A DNA stretch of 64,000 bases from Candidatus Heimdallarchaeota archaeon (GTDB lineage: Archaea > Asgardarchaeota > Heimdallarchaeia > Hodarchaeales > Hodarchaeaceae). The stretch spans positions 3,001,231 to 3,065,230 of the forward strand of contig CP070695.1 in the NCBI GenBank assembly GCA_020353515.1, in the 5' to 3' direction. The notes below the pieces were generated by a model that saw only the letters and a list, made by a program, of their open reading frames with translations, was not told the DNA's origin and did not search any database. Below, in pieces: positions 40,512 to 49,896 of the stretch. Positions within the stretch are counted from its first letter, which is position 1; the number at the start of each line of letters is the position of its first letter. Both the position numbers and the translations under genes were made by a program.

Positions 40512-41204
40512 TCAAGCAGGTTTTCGGACTTGGATTCTATAGTACCCCGAACCTTTTTGTGAGAGTAACTTCTCTTCAAGATTTGGGGGAAAGTATAACT
40601 CTGTATAAACAAGACTCTCAAATTTAAAATCCTTAAAGAATTCAATTATATCTTCTTTGTGGAAAAAGAAGTGGGGAATACCGTCTTCAACTCCTCCCTT
40701 TAATATGATAGTCTGATCATCAACTATAACATTAGTTTTATTCGTAAAAACTTCATCTTTTTCTTTAGTTTTAATTGTGCCATAGAATATACCTCTCGGT
40801 TTAAGAATTCTATGAATTTCAGATATTGTTTTAATTACGTCGTTCTTAAAGGCATGATGAATGACATTCATACTAATAACCAAATCAAATGTGTTGTCAG
40901 GTTGATTTATCTTCGTCATCCGCCCCTGTTGAACATCTGCCCTTAAACCTTCTTTATTTAACCATTTTTTGGTTTCTTTAATGGCCTCTTCGGAAATATC
41001 ACTTGCTGATACTTGATAACCTAGACGTGCAAAATATATTGTATGTCTACCTACTCCACAGCCTAAATCATAGATTTTTTTGTTAAGATCACTTCCCAAA
41101 GAGTAAGATAAGCGCATGACTGGTCCATCTGGTTTTTTCCACTCATTGATGTCATTAACTTCCTCCCACTTCCACCCTACCTGTATCGAGTTCTTATTAT
41201 TCAT
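40512..41204 (-). CDS. Class I SAM-dependent methyltransferase
   Basis: DLGCGVGRH, FDLVIS..VIHH, EIHRILKPRG. Confidence 0.9.
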   Translation of the reverse strand: MNNKNSIQVGWKWEEVNDINEWKKPDGPVMRLSYSLGSDLNKKIYDLGCGVGRHTIYFARLGYQVSASDISEEAIKETKKWLNKEGLRADVQQGRMTKINQPDNTFDLVISMNVIHHAFKNDVIKTISEIHRILKPRGIFYGTIKTKEKDEVFTNKTNVIVDDQTIILKGGVEDGIPHFFFHKEDIIEFFKDFKFESLVYTELYFPPNLEEKLLSQKGSGYYRIQVRKPA

Positions 41205-41557
41205 ATAGGTACCTCTAATTGAAAGTTGTAAAATATTATTTTAAAGAACGCTATTTTATATTGCTAGCAATGCGAAAAAGACATAATTACTAAAGAAAAT
41301 CAATAAGTTGAAAAACTGAGTTTATCTCTGAAAGCTTTTAACAGGTCGTTGCTCTATCTTCTTCTTTAGGAAGAAATTATTTAACCTTGATCTGACTAAA
41401 CCCAAGCAATTTATATCTAAAAAATAGAAATAAAAGTTAATCCCCCTCCTCACATCTCCTATATTATCCTTGATCAATTCTTTTCATAGAACTATTTTCA
41501 CTTAGATAGGAACATAGCATATAGAGTGGTAATCTGTTAAGGTAACCAATGTTAATC

Positions 41558-43240
41558 TTACCTTTGGCAATTCCTCAGTTTAATAACACTAAATGAAATG
41601 AAAACAATAAGTACAATAATGAGGTTGAAACCAGGGGTAGTTTCCGAATCTATAGTCGTTTCTGTTGTGATCACTGATGTAATAGTTTTTATAGTTCCAG
41701 AGGATGTTTGAGAAGAGTCAGGTGGCAAAGCTGCTAGATACCCTTCAATATCAATACGAAATAGAAATCCATCTTGATTTCCTCGGAGTGTTTGTTGATA
41801 ACCATTATCTGTTGTAAAAAAATCCGAGGAGGCTGTCATACCAACAATATAGAGATTATCATTCGAAAAGTATTGATGCCAAGGATGATCTTGTCCTAAA
41901 CCTCCCAAATAAGAACTAAACAATGGTTGTCCTGCTGGGGAGATCTTCATGATAATAACATCACAAGACTCACCATGTACTGTTTGAAAAGCATCTATGA
42001 GAGGAAATCCATCAGGCCCAGCGATTCCACTAACAAAGATATTGTCATTAGAATCAATATTCACGTGGTGTACTGTATCCCAAGCAGATCCACCAAAATA
42101 ACTGGAAAAGACTAATTCTTGGCCATCTGCGGTTAGTTTGGCTACAAATCCATCTACTTCGATGTGACTGTAATTCTCTTGCCAAGCATTTACTGTAGGA
42201 AAATCAGAAGACCAAGTTCTACCAGTTATAATGATATCTCCAATGGAATCAACGGCAACTCCAAAACAATCATCCATGTGTGAACCTCCAAAGTAAGTCG
42301 CATAAATCAGCTGGCCAGAAGAATTGTGTTTTGCAATGAAGAAATCTCTATGAGAAACACTACTAATGAAATCCTGATATGCATCTTCTGTAACTGGGAA
42401 GTCTTGACTCCCTGTAAATCCAGTTGTAATAATATTATCCTGACTATCAACAGCAATCTTGTCAATTCCCTCATAGCTGCTCCCACCTAAGAATGTAGAG
42501 TATACAATTGTAGAACAATTTGCTGATATACGCATGAGAAAACCATCTGATCCACCAGCCATAATTGGTTGAGCAGCATCGGGTGTAACTGGAAAATTGG
42601 CCGAATCGGTTCCCCCAGAGATAACAAGATTGCCTGCATAATCTATTTCACAATCATTAACATAATCATTGCCTGATGTCCCAAGATAACTAGAATAGAG
42701 TAATGAACCGTTGCTGGAAAATTTTGTTATGAAAATGTCATAATAACCAGAATTATCTTGCTGGTAGGCATCATCCGTGATTGGGAAATCATTTGATTGG
42801 CTCATCCCAACTACAATAATATTATCGGATTCTACCGCTTCGACAAATAACCCCCCATCCATACTGGATCCCCCTAAGAATGTCGACCATAAAAGTTGCC
42901 CTTCTTTATCAAACTTCGTTAGGAAGGCATCACCACCAACACCATGATTATCGTACCCACCACCAGCAAAAGTATCCTGAAATGCGTCTAGAATTGGAAA
43001 ATCGGTAGATAAGGTGAGTCCAGTAACAATAATATTCTCTTGGGAATCAATAATTACATCTCTTATTTGGTCTTCTGTCATAGAGCCTCCCAAATAGGTA
43101 CTATAGACAAAATCTGTAATTTCAACTTGCATGTGTCGCTCTGGAAGTGGACTAATAGTAGATATACAACTGATGAAGTAGATTGTCAGTAGAAAAGTAA
43201 CCATAAAGGATAATATCTTTAATTCGTTTTTATTTTTCAT
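41558..43240 (-). CDS. Surface SBBP-repeat beta-propeller protein with PGF-CTERM-like anchor
   Basis: Repeated YSTYLGGS..D..IxxTG.T.S.DFP..A.Q..D.F; Thr-rich linker; TPGF + TM + basic tail. Confidence 0.88.
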   Translation of the reverse strand: MKNKNELKILSFMVTFLLTIYFISCISTISPLPERHMQVEITDFVYSTYLGGSMTEDQIRDVIIDSQENIIVTGLTLSTDFPILDAFQDTFAGGGYDNHGVGGDAFLTKFDKEGQLLWSTFLGGSSMDGGLFVEAVESDNIIVVGMSQSNDFPITDDAYQQDNSGYYDIFITKFSSNGSLLYSSYLGTSGNDYVNDCEIDYAGNLVISGGTDSANFPVTPDAAQPIMAGGSDGFLMRISANCSTIVYSTFLGGSSYEGIDKIAVDSQDNIITTGFTGSQDFPVTEDAYQDFISSVSHRDFFIAKHNSSGQLIYATYFGGSHMDDCFGVAVDSIGDIIITGRTWSSDFPTVNAWQENYSHIEVDGFVAKLTADGQELVFSSYFGGSAWDTVHHVNIDSNDNIFVSGIAGPDGFPLIDAFQTVHGESCDVIIMKISPAGQPLFSSYLGGLGQDHPWHQYFSNDNLYIVGMTASSDFFTTDNGYQQTLRGNQDGFLFRIDIEGYLAALPPDSSQTSSGTIKTITSVITTETTIDSETTPGFNLIIVLIVFISFSVIKLRNCQR

Positions 43241-43443
43241 TTTTTATTCCTCAATGAAAATCGAGCCTTTGAGTTATCACTTTGACTGAAATTGTCTAAG
43301 AAAATTGCTCGATAAACCAACCCAAGGAGAAATAGATATGAATAAAAAGAAAGATAGTATTTTCAATATTGAAAGTATTTTTTTGGCTGTTGTAGAAATC
43401 AGAACAGCGATAATTATAGTTTGGTCTCAGAATTATGACTAAT

Positions 43444-44544
43444 CTAAAGCTCTTTTTCTCTTAAACGATTAATAGTGATCTGCAAAGCCTCATTTAAGGT
43501 GGAAAGAAATAAAAAACCTTTTGATGTGATTGAAAAGTTTCTATATCGGGCATCTTGAAGAACTTGAGCAGATACAAATGCCTCGATGTACTGTAAGTCA
43601 ACTAGCTTTTTTATTTCTCTGGTAAGGGTAGGAGTTGGGATATTTAAACTTTGAGCTAATTTAGTTGGGTTGGTTTCACTTGGATCCTGATAAGCAATCT
43701 CTATAAGTGTTAAAACTGTTCTTCCTTTCATCTCTGATCTGAGATCATTTTGAAAAGTAGTAGGAAAATACTCTACCATGGATGGCTGACTTACTGGTTC
43801 CAATTTTGGAATATCTCTTAATTCAGTAAGATAAGCATCTCGAATATTGTCGAGACCAATGACTACTTTATGACGAATTTCTTTTAGAAATTCAGCTTCA
43901 CTCGACTGTACCAATTCAATAAAGGTTTTCTGTCCTTTGAACCTTGGACTAAGACGCAAATATATGAAACCAACCCCTGAGAGAAGAAAGATAGAACCAA
44001 AAAGACTAAATAGTAAAACAAGAAGATTATCAGGTTCTGTATCTGTGTTTCCGTTAATGGTTGTGGTAGTAGAAGATTCCTCTTCCTGCTCTTCCCGATT
44101 ATCAATAGTAAAAGGACCATCGGAAATATCTTCTTTTGTCTCCCAATCCTTACTCCCTGCAATAACCTTAACTAAATTATTAACGCCAAAAGTTTTATAA
44201 AGGGGAGTGTTCCACTCGTAAGTCTCTTCTAGGATGGAAAAAGCCAATTGAATCCAATTTTCCCCACCATCATGGGAATAAAAGACAGAATACCAAGGGT
44301 TATCTCCTAAGTACTGAATATCAAGGGTCCATTGAATTATCACAGTTCCGTTAAGAGTTTCCCCTCCATTGGGAAATAAAACTGTAAGCCCATTATTTTG
44401 ACTAGAATCATCGTTTCCAAGAGGATAGTGGAATTGTTCACTCGAAAATGAACCAACATTAATTATTGGACAAATAGGTATAAAAAAAATGGTAATAAGG
44501 CTTCCTAGTATTAATAGATTAATTTTTCCCATGATGAATTCCAT
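43444..44544 (-). CDS. Membrane-tethered winged-helix regulator with extracellular beta-sandwich domain
   Basis: Signal peptide; TVLFPNGGETL..W..YS.DGGENW..WNT..SDGPFTI; TM LLVLLFSL..FIYL; C-terminal PTKLAQSLNIPTPTLTREIKKL..DARYRNFSITSKG. Confidence 0.8.
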   Translation of the reverse strand: MEFIMGKINLLILGSLITIFFIPICPIINVGSFSSEQFHYPLGNDDSSQNNGLTVLFPNGGETLNGTVIIQWTLDIQYLGDNPWYSVFYSHDGGENWIQLAFSILEETYEWNTPLYKTFGVNNLVKVIAGSKDWETKEDISDGPFTIDNREEQEEESSTTTTINGNTDTEPDNLLVLLFSLFGSIFLLSGVGFIYLRLSPRFKGQKTFIELVQSSEAEFLKEIRHKVVIGLDNIRDAYLTELRDIPKLEPVSQPSMVEYFPTTFQNDLRSEMKGRTVLTLIEIAYQDPSETNPTKLAQSLNIPTPTLTREIKKLVDLQYIEAFVSAQVLQDARYRNFSITSKGFLFLSTLNEALQITINRLREKEL

Positions 44545-44780
44545 TGACTAAGTTTATTGGAACCTTTTTGAAATAATTTGTCACTGAAAGTAAAACCGGC
44601 GTGATCAGAAATATTAAGAAAAAGAATTAATTTAACTCTTTACCTTTGAAAGATTCCTTATTCTTTCTGGAAAAAATTTACACTCTTGCATATAAAAAGA
44701 TAATATGTGAAATTGTTGCCAACTCCGATATATATTTATTCAACAAGAATCATTTTTAGTATGATAGTAAAGACAATTTT

Positions 44781-45059
44781 GTGGTAGCTACATTTGATGA
44801 TTATATAATTTTATATCGGATCGATAAATGCGGTGTACATGAAACTCTGAAAGATTTTGCCGATCCTGATGATGCTTATCTCTGCTCTTGTTATATCGGT
44901 GATACTGAAGACTATAATAGAGGAGAAATTATTCATCTGAGACGTACACAAACTTTACACCATGGTGATTTCTGTGATGAACTATATTGGAATAATGAAC
45001 TATATAAGGATGTCAAACAACCCTCTTTAGCATTTACAAAAAGTTTAGGTGAAAAATGA
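44781..45059 (+). pseudogene. 3' remnant of an L-2-amino-thiazoline-4-carboxylic acid hydrolase-like (ATC_hydrolase) gene
   Basis: YRIDKC..YLCSCYIGD..LRRTQTL..GDFCD; lacks the N-terminal half. Confidence 0.6.
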
Positions 45060-45149
45060 TATTAGAAATAGATCATTTGTATAAATGAAGTTCACTAAGC
45101 CTTTCAATCTACTACTCTGAATATTTATCAAACAAAAAGGAGATGCCAA

Positions 45150-46061
45150 ATGAAGCATAGTACGAATTCTAAACAGTGGATCATCAGTGACAGTCCATCT
45201 GAAGAGGAAATGAAAATAGTTCAGAAGGGAATTGAGGATCATAATAAGAAATTTTCAAGTGGTGGATTAGATATTCCTACTCCTGATATCAGTTTGGTTT
45301 TGAAAGACTCTAGTGGGAACATCGTTGGAGGTGTGATCACAAGTATGCTAACTGGAGTGATGCACCTAGAGGTTCTCTGGATAGATGAAACATATAGAGG
45401 TAGAGGTCTGGGAAGAGATCTTGTCTTACAAGCTGAGCGGATTGGTAAAAAAAAGGGTTACTCTGCGTCACAGACATGGACCTTTTCATTTCAAGCACCC
45501 GAGTTTTACCAAAGCATTGGGTACAAGGTCGTTGGAATTTTCGACGGATATACCAATGGTATCACTGAATATATTCTCCTCAAGAAATTTGAATCAGATG
45601 AACAGAACCCATATGAGGTTAATGAACTAAATCCCGTAGACTTTACCATTTTAGAAGACAAATCCGAGACATCGATGAAAATTCTTCATGAGGGATTACG
45701 TAACTACGTCGCGGAGCATGTTGGCGAATTACGCAAGAAAAATCCAGGAATTCACATTAAATTGGTAATAAAGAATGAAGATGACCAAGTCATAGGAGGA
45801 GTACAAGCTTATACAACTCTTAAGGCAATACATGTCGTAAATCTTTGGGTCGATGAGAAATTCCGTAATACTGGGTTTGGTAGAGAGCTTTTGACGACTG
45901 CTGAAAAAATTGCCAAAGAAAATGGTTGTATTTCAGGATTATTGAATGTTTTATCATTCCAATCCCCAGAATTCTTTCAAAAGCAGGGATACATCATCTT
46001 CGGGGTTTCTGACGGTTATTCTGATTCAATCAAGGAATATTTTCTTAAAAAGAGATTCTAG
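45150..46061 (+). CDS. Tandem GNAT acetyltransferase
   Basis: Two copies of LWxDExxRxxGxGRxL..AE..SFQxPEFxxxxGY. Confidence 0.9.
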   Translation: MKHSTNSKQWIISDSPSEEEMKIVQKGIEDHNKKFSSGGLDIPTPDISLVLKDSSGNIVGGVITSMLTGVMHLEVLWIDETYRGRGLGRDLVLQAERIGKKKGYSASQTWTFSFQAPEFYQSIGYKVVGIFDGYTNGITEYILLKKFESDEQNPYEVNELNPVDFTILEDKSETSMKILHEGLRNYVAEHVGELRKKNPGIHIKLVIKNEDDQVIGGVQAYTTLKAIHVVNLWVDEKFRNTGFGRELLTTAEKIAKENGCISGLLNVLSFQSPEFFQKQGYIIFGVSDGYSDSIKEYFLKKRF

Positions 46062-46116
46062 ATATATAGGAGAAAGATTTAGAACTTCATTATAAAAATT
46101 TGAAGAAGATTCAGGG

Positions 46117-47025
46117 ATGTCTATACAATCACGACCTTACAATAAAGGCAAAGACTTCGATTCTATTATGAGGTTTCTAGCAGATCTCTATGAAAGAACC
46201 AAATCTTACGAAAATTGGTTTCCAGATCGTTTTGAAAATAGCAGTGACACACGAGAAGATGGTGTTAACATCTGGGAGAAGGTTGAAGAAACAAGTACTC
46301 CACAAAAAAGGACTATCGTTACTTTAACTACTCGTGATTCTCCTAGGGATTTTTTTCTTCACGTTGACCCAGATTATCGGTATGTAGAGAGAGAAATGAT
46401 AGGATGGATAGAACAACAATTCAGAAAAATGAAGAAAAAACCAGAAGGGACAGAAAAACTATGCATTAACATTCTGGAAGGAAACCCTCTGCGTGAAGCT
46501 TTACTTACTGAGTTAGGTTATAGAAATGAGAAAATTTATGGATATTACAGAATCCGTAAAGGCGATTCACCGATTTCTGAATACAAGTGCCCTGAAAACT
46601 TCAAAATAAGAACAATAGAACGATCAGATTATGATCAGCTTGCGTTACAAATTAGAAAAGTATTTGGTCATGGAGAATGGTTTACCGCTGAAGTATTAGA
46701 ATGGATTGCTCAGTGTTCATTTTATCGAGAAGACTTGGATCTTGTTGCAGTAACTCCAGATGGTACAATTGCCTCCTTTTGTACCTTTCGACTTGACCCA
46801 AATAGTAAGATCGCCAGCTTAGAACCTATGGGAACAAATCCTGACTACAGAGGACTTGGGTTAGGAAAATCACTAATAACAGAGGGAATCAAAAGGTCAA
46901 TGAAATATAATCCACCATTTTTCTATATAGATGGTGCTGCAAATAATCCAGCTGCGAACCGTTTATACGATGCGACCGGATTTACAGAAAAATATGCTAT
47001 AAATTCATGGGTAAAAGAGATATGA
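46117..47025 (+). CDS. GNAT acetyltransferase
   Basis: LEPMGTNPDYRGLGLGKSL, NPAANRLYDATGF. Confidence 0.88.
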   Translation: MSIQSRPYNKGKDFDSIMRFLADLYERTKSYENWFPDRFENSSDTREDGVNIWEKVEETSTPQKRTIVTLTTRDSPRDFFLHVDPDYRYVEREMIGWIEQQFRKMKKKPEGTEKLCINILEGNPLREALLTELGYRNEKIYGYYRIRKGDSPISEYKCPENFKIRTIERSDYDQLALQIRKVFGHGEWFTAEVLEWIAQCSFYREDLDLVAVTPDGTIASFCTFRLDPNSKIASLEPMGTNPDYRGLGLGKSLITEGIKRSMKYNPPFFYIDGAANNPAANRLYDATGFTEKYAINSWVKEI

Positions 47026-47043
47026 TTAGAAGTCTGGATTTCA

Positions 47044-47146
47044 TTTTATCATCAGCAATGACATTTTTTGTTTCAGAGTGCTCCTTTTGGGTTTCTGATG
47101 GCCATCCTGACGCAGAAGAGTATTTTCTCATAAAGAGATTCTAGAT
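47044..47146 (+). pseudogene. Degenerate copy of the 3' end of the GNAT gene at 45150-46061
   Basis: Translates VSDGHPDAEEYFLIKRF* versus VSDGYSDSIKEYFLKKRF*; AAAGAGATTCTAGAT identical at 46049-46063 and 47132-47146. Confidence 0.8.
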
Positions 47147-49894
47147 TTTTTTCATCTTTTTCTGTTTCTCAAATAATTTCTGAGTTAAAAAATCCCCAAC
47201 TTTTTCCATTTTATCATCGATTGTAACCAGTTGTGTTTCGGAATGCTCTTTTTCTGGTTTCGGAACGCTGAATATAGACAGTATTCCAACAATCTGATTT
47301 TCTTGATTCATAACTGGAAGTATTGACTCTCCAGTGACTGAAAAGACTCCCCAGGCTTCTTTCAGAGTTTGATTTAACGTGAATGTATAGTGTATGGGAA
47401 AAGCTACTTCATAGACTCGGATATTATCTAATTTATTTATCTTTTGAGCCCTATTGAAGGGAATTATTCCTGTAGGAACACCTGTTTCTGTTACTATCCA
47501 TGTCTTTTTTTGTGCATTAGGACTCACTAAATCAGTTGTAAATTGATCCCATTCAACAACATCGAAGTTATCCTGAATATAATCATTGATAGAATTATCA
47601 GCGTTCCTTATTTCAGATAAATCTTTTGAAATTTTATCAAAATCGAACGAATATTCTATTGGTGTCTTTATCAATTTAATTGCTTCACTAGTTACTAATA
47701 TAGAGGAAAAAGATTTTCCTATGGTACCATTAGCGTAAAAATCTGATTCTTTCTCTTCATAGATACGGTGATTGTGCCCTACAACAATTTTTAGATTCTT
47801 CAGTCTCTTTAGAGATCTGAATTTGGAAATATGTTGATCCATTGGTGGTCTGAAATCTTTCCAGAAACCAAGGTCACCGTGTTCGATCCAGATGTTTTCG
47901 TCGGTATAGTGATTACCAAGAAAATGAATATCTAATTCTCGTTTTAATTTATCTCGGAATTTGTCATAGAAGCTTTCAGGGTCATGGTTACCAGCAATTA
48001 TATGGATTCTTTGGTTTCCTAGTGAATTTTGGATTTGTGATAATTCATTGAGAAGAGAGACTCCTTCTTTGTCTGTTTCTTCTAGCTCGTTTACTCTATC
48101 AATGTTTAGAACATCACCAGCGATAATAATGGACCTAACTTGATTTTTAATACCTATTTTCTTTATTTCTACAAGACATTTTTTAGCAAGTTTATTATTG
48201 AGTCCCCAATGGAGATCAGAAAAAACGAGGAGAGGATATGCAATCGGTTCGTGTCTTTCTTCCGATTCTTCTGGTTCCAGATTTTCGAGAATATTACCAT
48301 AAACTTCTTTCATGGTGCTTCTTAAGTCATTATTCATCAATTCTAAAGCATCAATGGGCAATTCATTAGTTAGTTTGTATTTTAATTGAGATAAAATAGT
48401 ATATCCTTGGATAAGCTTATTACTTTGCTCCTCTGTTATAATGTTCCTTTCCATGGCTACTTTAAAGCGGTCGATTGTGGAAGAAGTAAATGTTGTTTCT
48501 GTAAGAACCGCAAAAATAGTACCAATATCTTGTAAAGCAGTTAACGCAGAAAATTTCTTAAATATCGAATCCCATGTATAGGGAGCACAAACTCTTAAGT
48601 ATTCTCCTAATTTATCCGTTTCATTATCAAAAAAATCAGTTACTCGTAATAAAATTGGAATCAGTTCATGAAACGATTTTTTGGCGGCTTGAGTAATTGA
48701 TCTTCTCAAATAATCCCCCTTTCCGATCGGTTTTTCATAAATGGGAATCATATCAATGATCGATTTATAGATAGACCAGCAATACTTACTTATTCCATCC
48801 TTCCGCTCTTCAGGAGACAACGGAGTTTTTCGAAGTTGTTCTATAGACCTTAACATTTTATCGAGTTCGATTCTCTGATTTTTCTCTAAATAACTTTCAT
48901 CACCTTTCAGAAATGCTCGCAAAATATTCGATATAGAATTCTCATGAAAATTAAGATTTTTTAAATTCTCCATCTTACATAATTCAAGGTTGGGAACATA
49001 TCTCAAAACATTGTCCAGAGTTTCACCTACTTGTAAAAATTGTTTGTTATTTCCTTCGTGAATCAGAAGCATGTCCAAATCAGAGTTCTTAGAATACTCA
49101 CCCCTTGCATACCCTCCACAGATACCAATTATGAAGTTACTTGGAATCCCTACCTTTAGATGGTTATCTGGGTTAACTTGGAGGAGACGATTGAACTCTT
49201 GATTTTTTTCTGCTAACAACACAGCACTTTCAAATAGAAGCATTAAGCGTGAAAAGAGATTGGATGATGTTCTTTCACACCAAATTGATCCCATATAAGT
49301 ACTTATTTGCTTCATATTCCAGTTAAGTTTAGCTGTTTCTTTTAAATTCCGATAAGAGAGAAATTGCTCCAACTTTGGAGGACGAGAATGGGGAGTAGAA
49401 GAATAGATATATTCAAAAAGGAGATTGGTTGAGCTGAGAAAATCAGGAAGAACGGTAACTGCCTCATTCATAGGTCCCTTTATTATGATGAGATCGTAAA
49501 TGTTTACTGAATTGTTATTCCTTTTTAATAACAAGATACTATCAATAAGCTTGATCTCACCAAGAGTATTGAAAAGCTCCCAATAACCCGATCTAATCAT
49601 TTTATGGTTAATTATATTCTCAAAAAGGTCAATGGAAGATTTTATCACATTGCTTTTCGAAAAACGGTCTTTTGATAGTTTTTTTGGATCTATCCAGTCA
49701 TCATCTAAGAAGAATATCCCTTTTTTAAACAGACGATCTTCTGGAAGATGAAAAACTTCCCCTTCCTGTGTTAGTAGAAGACTAATGGCTGGAGTTGAGA
49801 TATATTTAAGATCTTCTAGGGATAATATCTTCTGTAAAAATTTTTGATCATCTAAATAAAACTGTAAAGTTTTTATTGCACTAGGAAAATCCAT
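47141..49894 (-). CDS. Multidomain protein: GlnD/DUF294-type nucleotidyltransferase + helical substrate-binding domain + metallophosphoesterase + CBS pair
   Basis: GGYARGEYSKNSDLD; STIDRF..IITEEQSNKLIQGYTIL; SDLH, GD, GNHD, HGD, GHNH; TLKEAW..LPVMNQENQIVGILS. ATG at 49894 lies 2 bp after the upstream stop (the ORF track uses TTG 49939). Confidence 0.8.
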   Translation of the reverse strand: MDFPSAIKTLQFYLDDQKFLQKILSLEDLKYISTPAISLLLTQEGEVFHLPEDRLFKKGIFFLDDDWIDPKKLSKDRFSKSNVIKSSIDLFENIINHKMIRSGYWELFNTLGEIKLIDSILLLKRNNNSVNIYDLIIIKGPMNEAVTVLPDFLSSTNLLFEYIYSSTPHSRPPKLEQFLSYRNLKETAKLNWNMKQISTYMGSIWCERTSSNLFSRLMLLFESAVLLAEKNQEFNRLLQVNPDNHLKVGIPSNFIIGICGGYARGEYSKNSDLDMLLIHEGNNKQFLQVGETLDNVLRYVPNLELCKMENLKNLNFHENSISNILRAFLKGDESYLEKNQRIELDKMLRSIEQLRKTPLSPEERKDGISKYCWSIYKSIIDMIPIYEKPIGKGDYLRRSITQAAKKSFHELIPILLRVTDFFDNETDKLGEYLRVCAPYTWDSIFKKFSALTALQDIGTIFAVLTETTFTSSTIDRFKVAMERNIITEEQSNKLIQGYTILSQLKYKLTNELPIDALELMNNDLRSTMKEVYGNILENLEPEESEERHEPIAYPLLVFSDLHWGLNNKLAKKCLVEIKKIGIKNQVRSIIIAGDVLNIDRVNELEETDKEGVSLLNELSQIQNSLGNQRIHIIAGNHDPESFYDKFRDKLKRELDIHFLGNHYTDENIWIEHGDLGFWKDFRPPMDQHISKFRSLKRLKNLKIVVGHNHRIYEEKESDFYANGTIGKSFSSILVTSEAIKLIKTPIEYSFDFDKISKDLSEIRNADNSINDYIQDNFDVVEWDQFTTDLVSPNAQKKTWIVTETGVPTGIIPFNRAQKINKLDNIRVYEVAFPIHYTFTLNQTLKEAWGVFSVTGESILPVMNQENQIVGILSIFSVPKPEKEHSETQLVTIDDKMEKVGDFLTQKLFEKQKKMKKI

Positions 49895-49896
49895 TT

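Noticed and set aside
47141-49894. Calling this gene glnD, or a CBASS cyclase
   Set aside because: It has no HD or ACT domains and no PII nearby. The GGYARGE motif plus DUF294_C-like helices fit the GlnD/DUF294 group rather than CD-NTases, and no known CBASS effector is adjacent.
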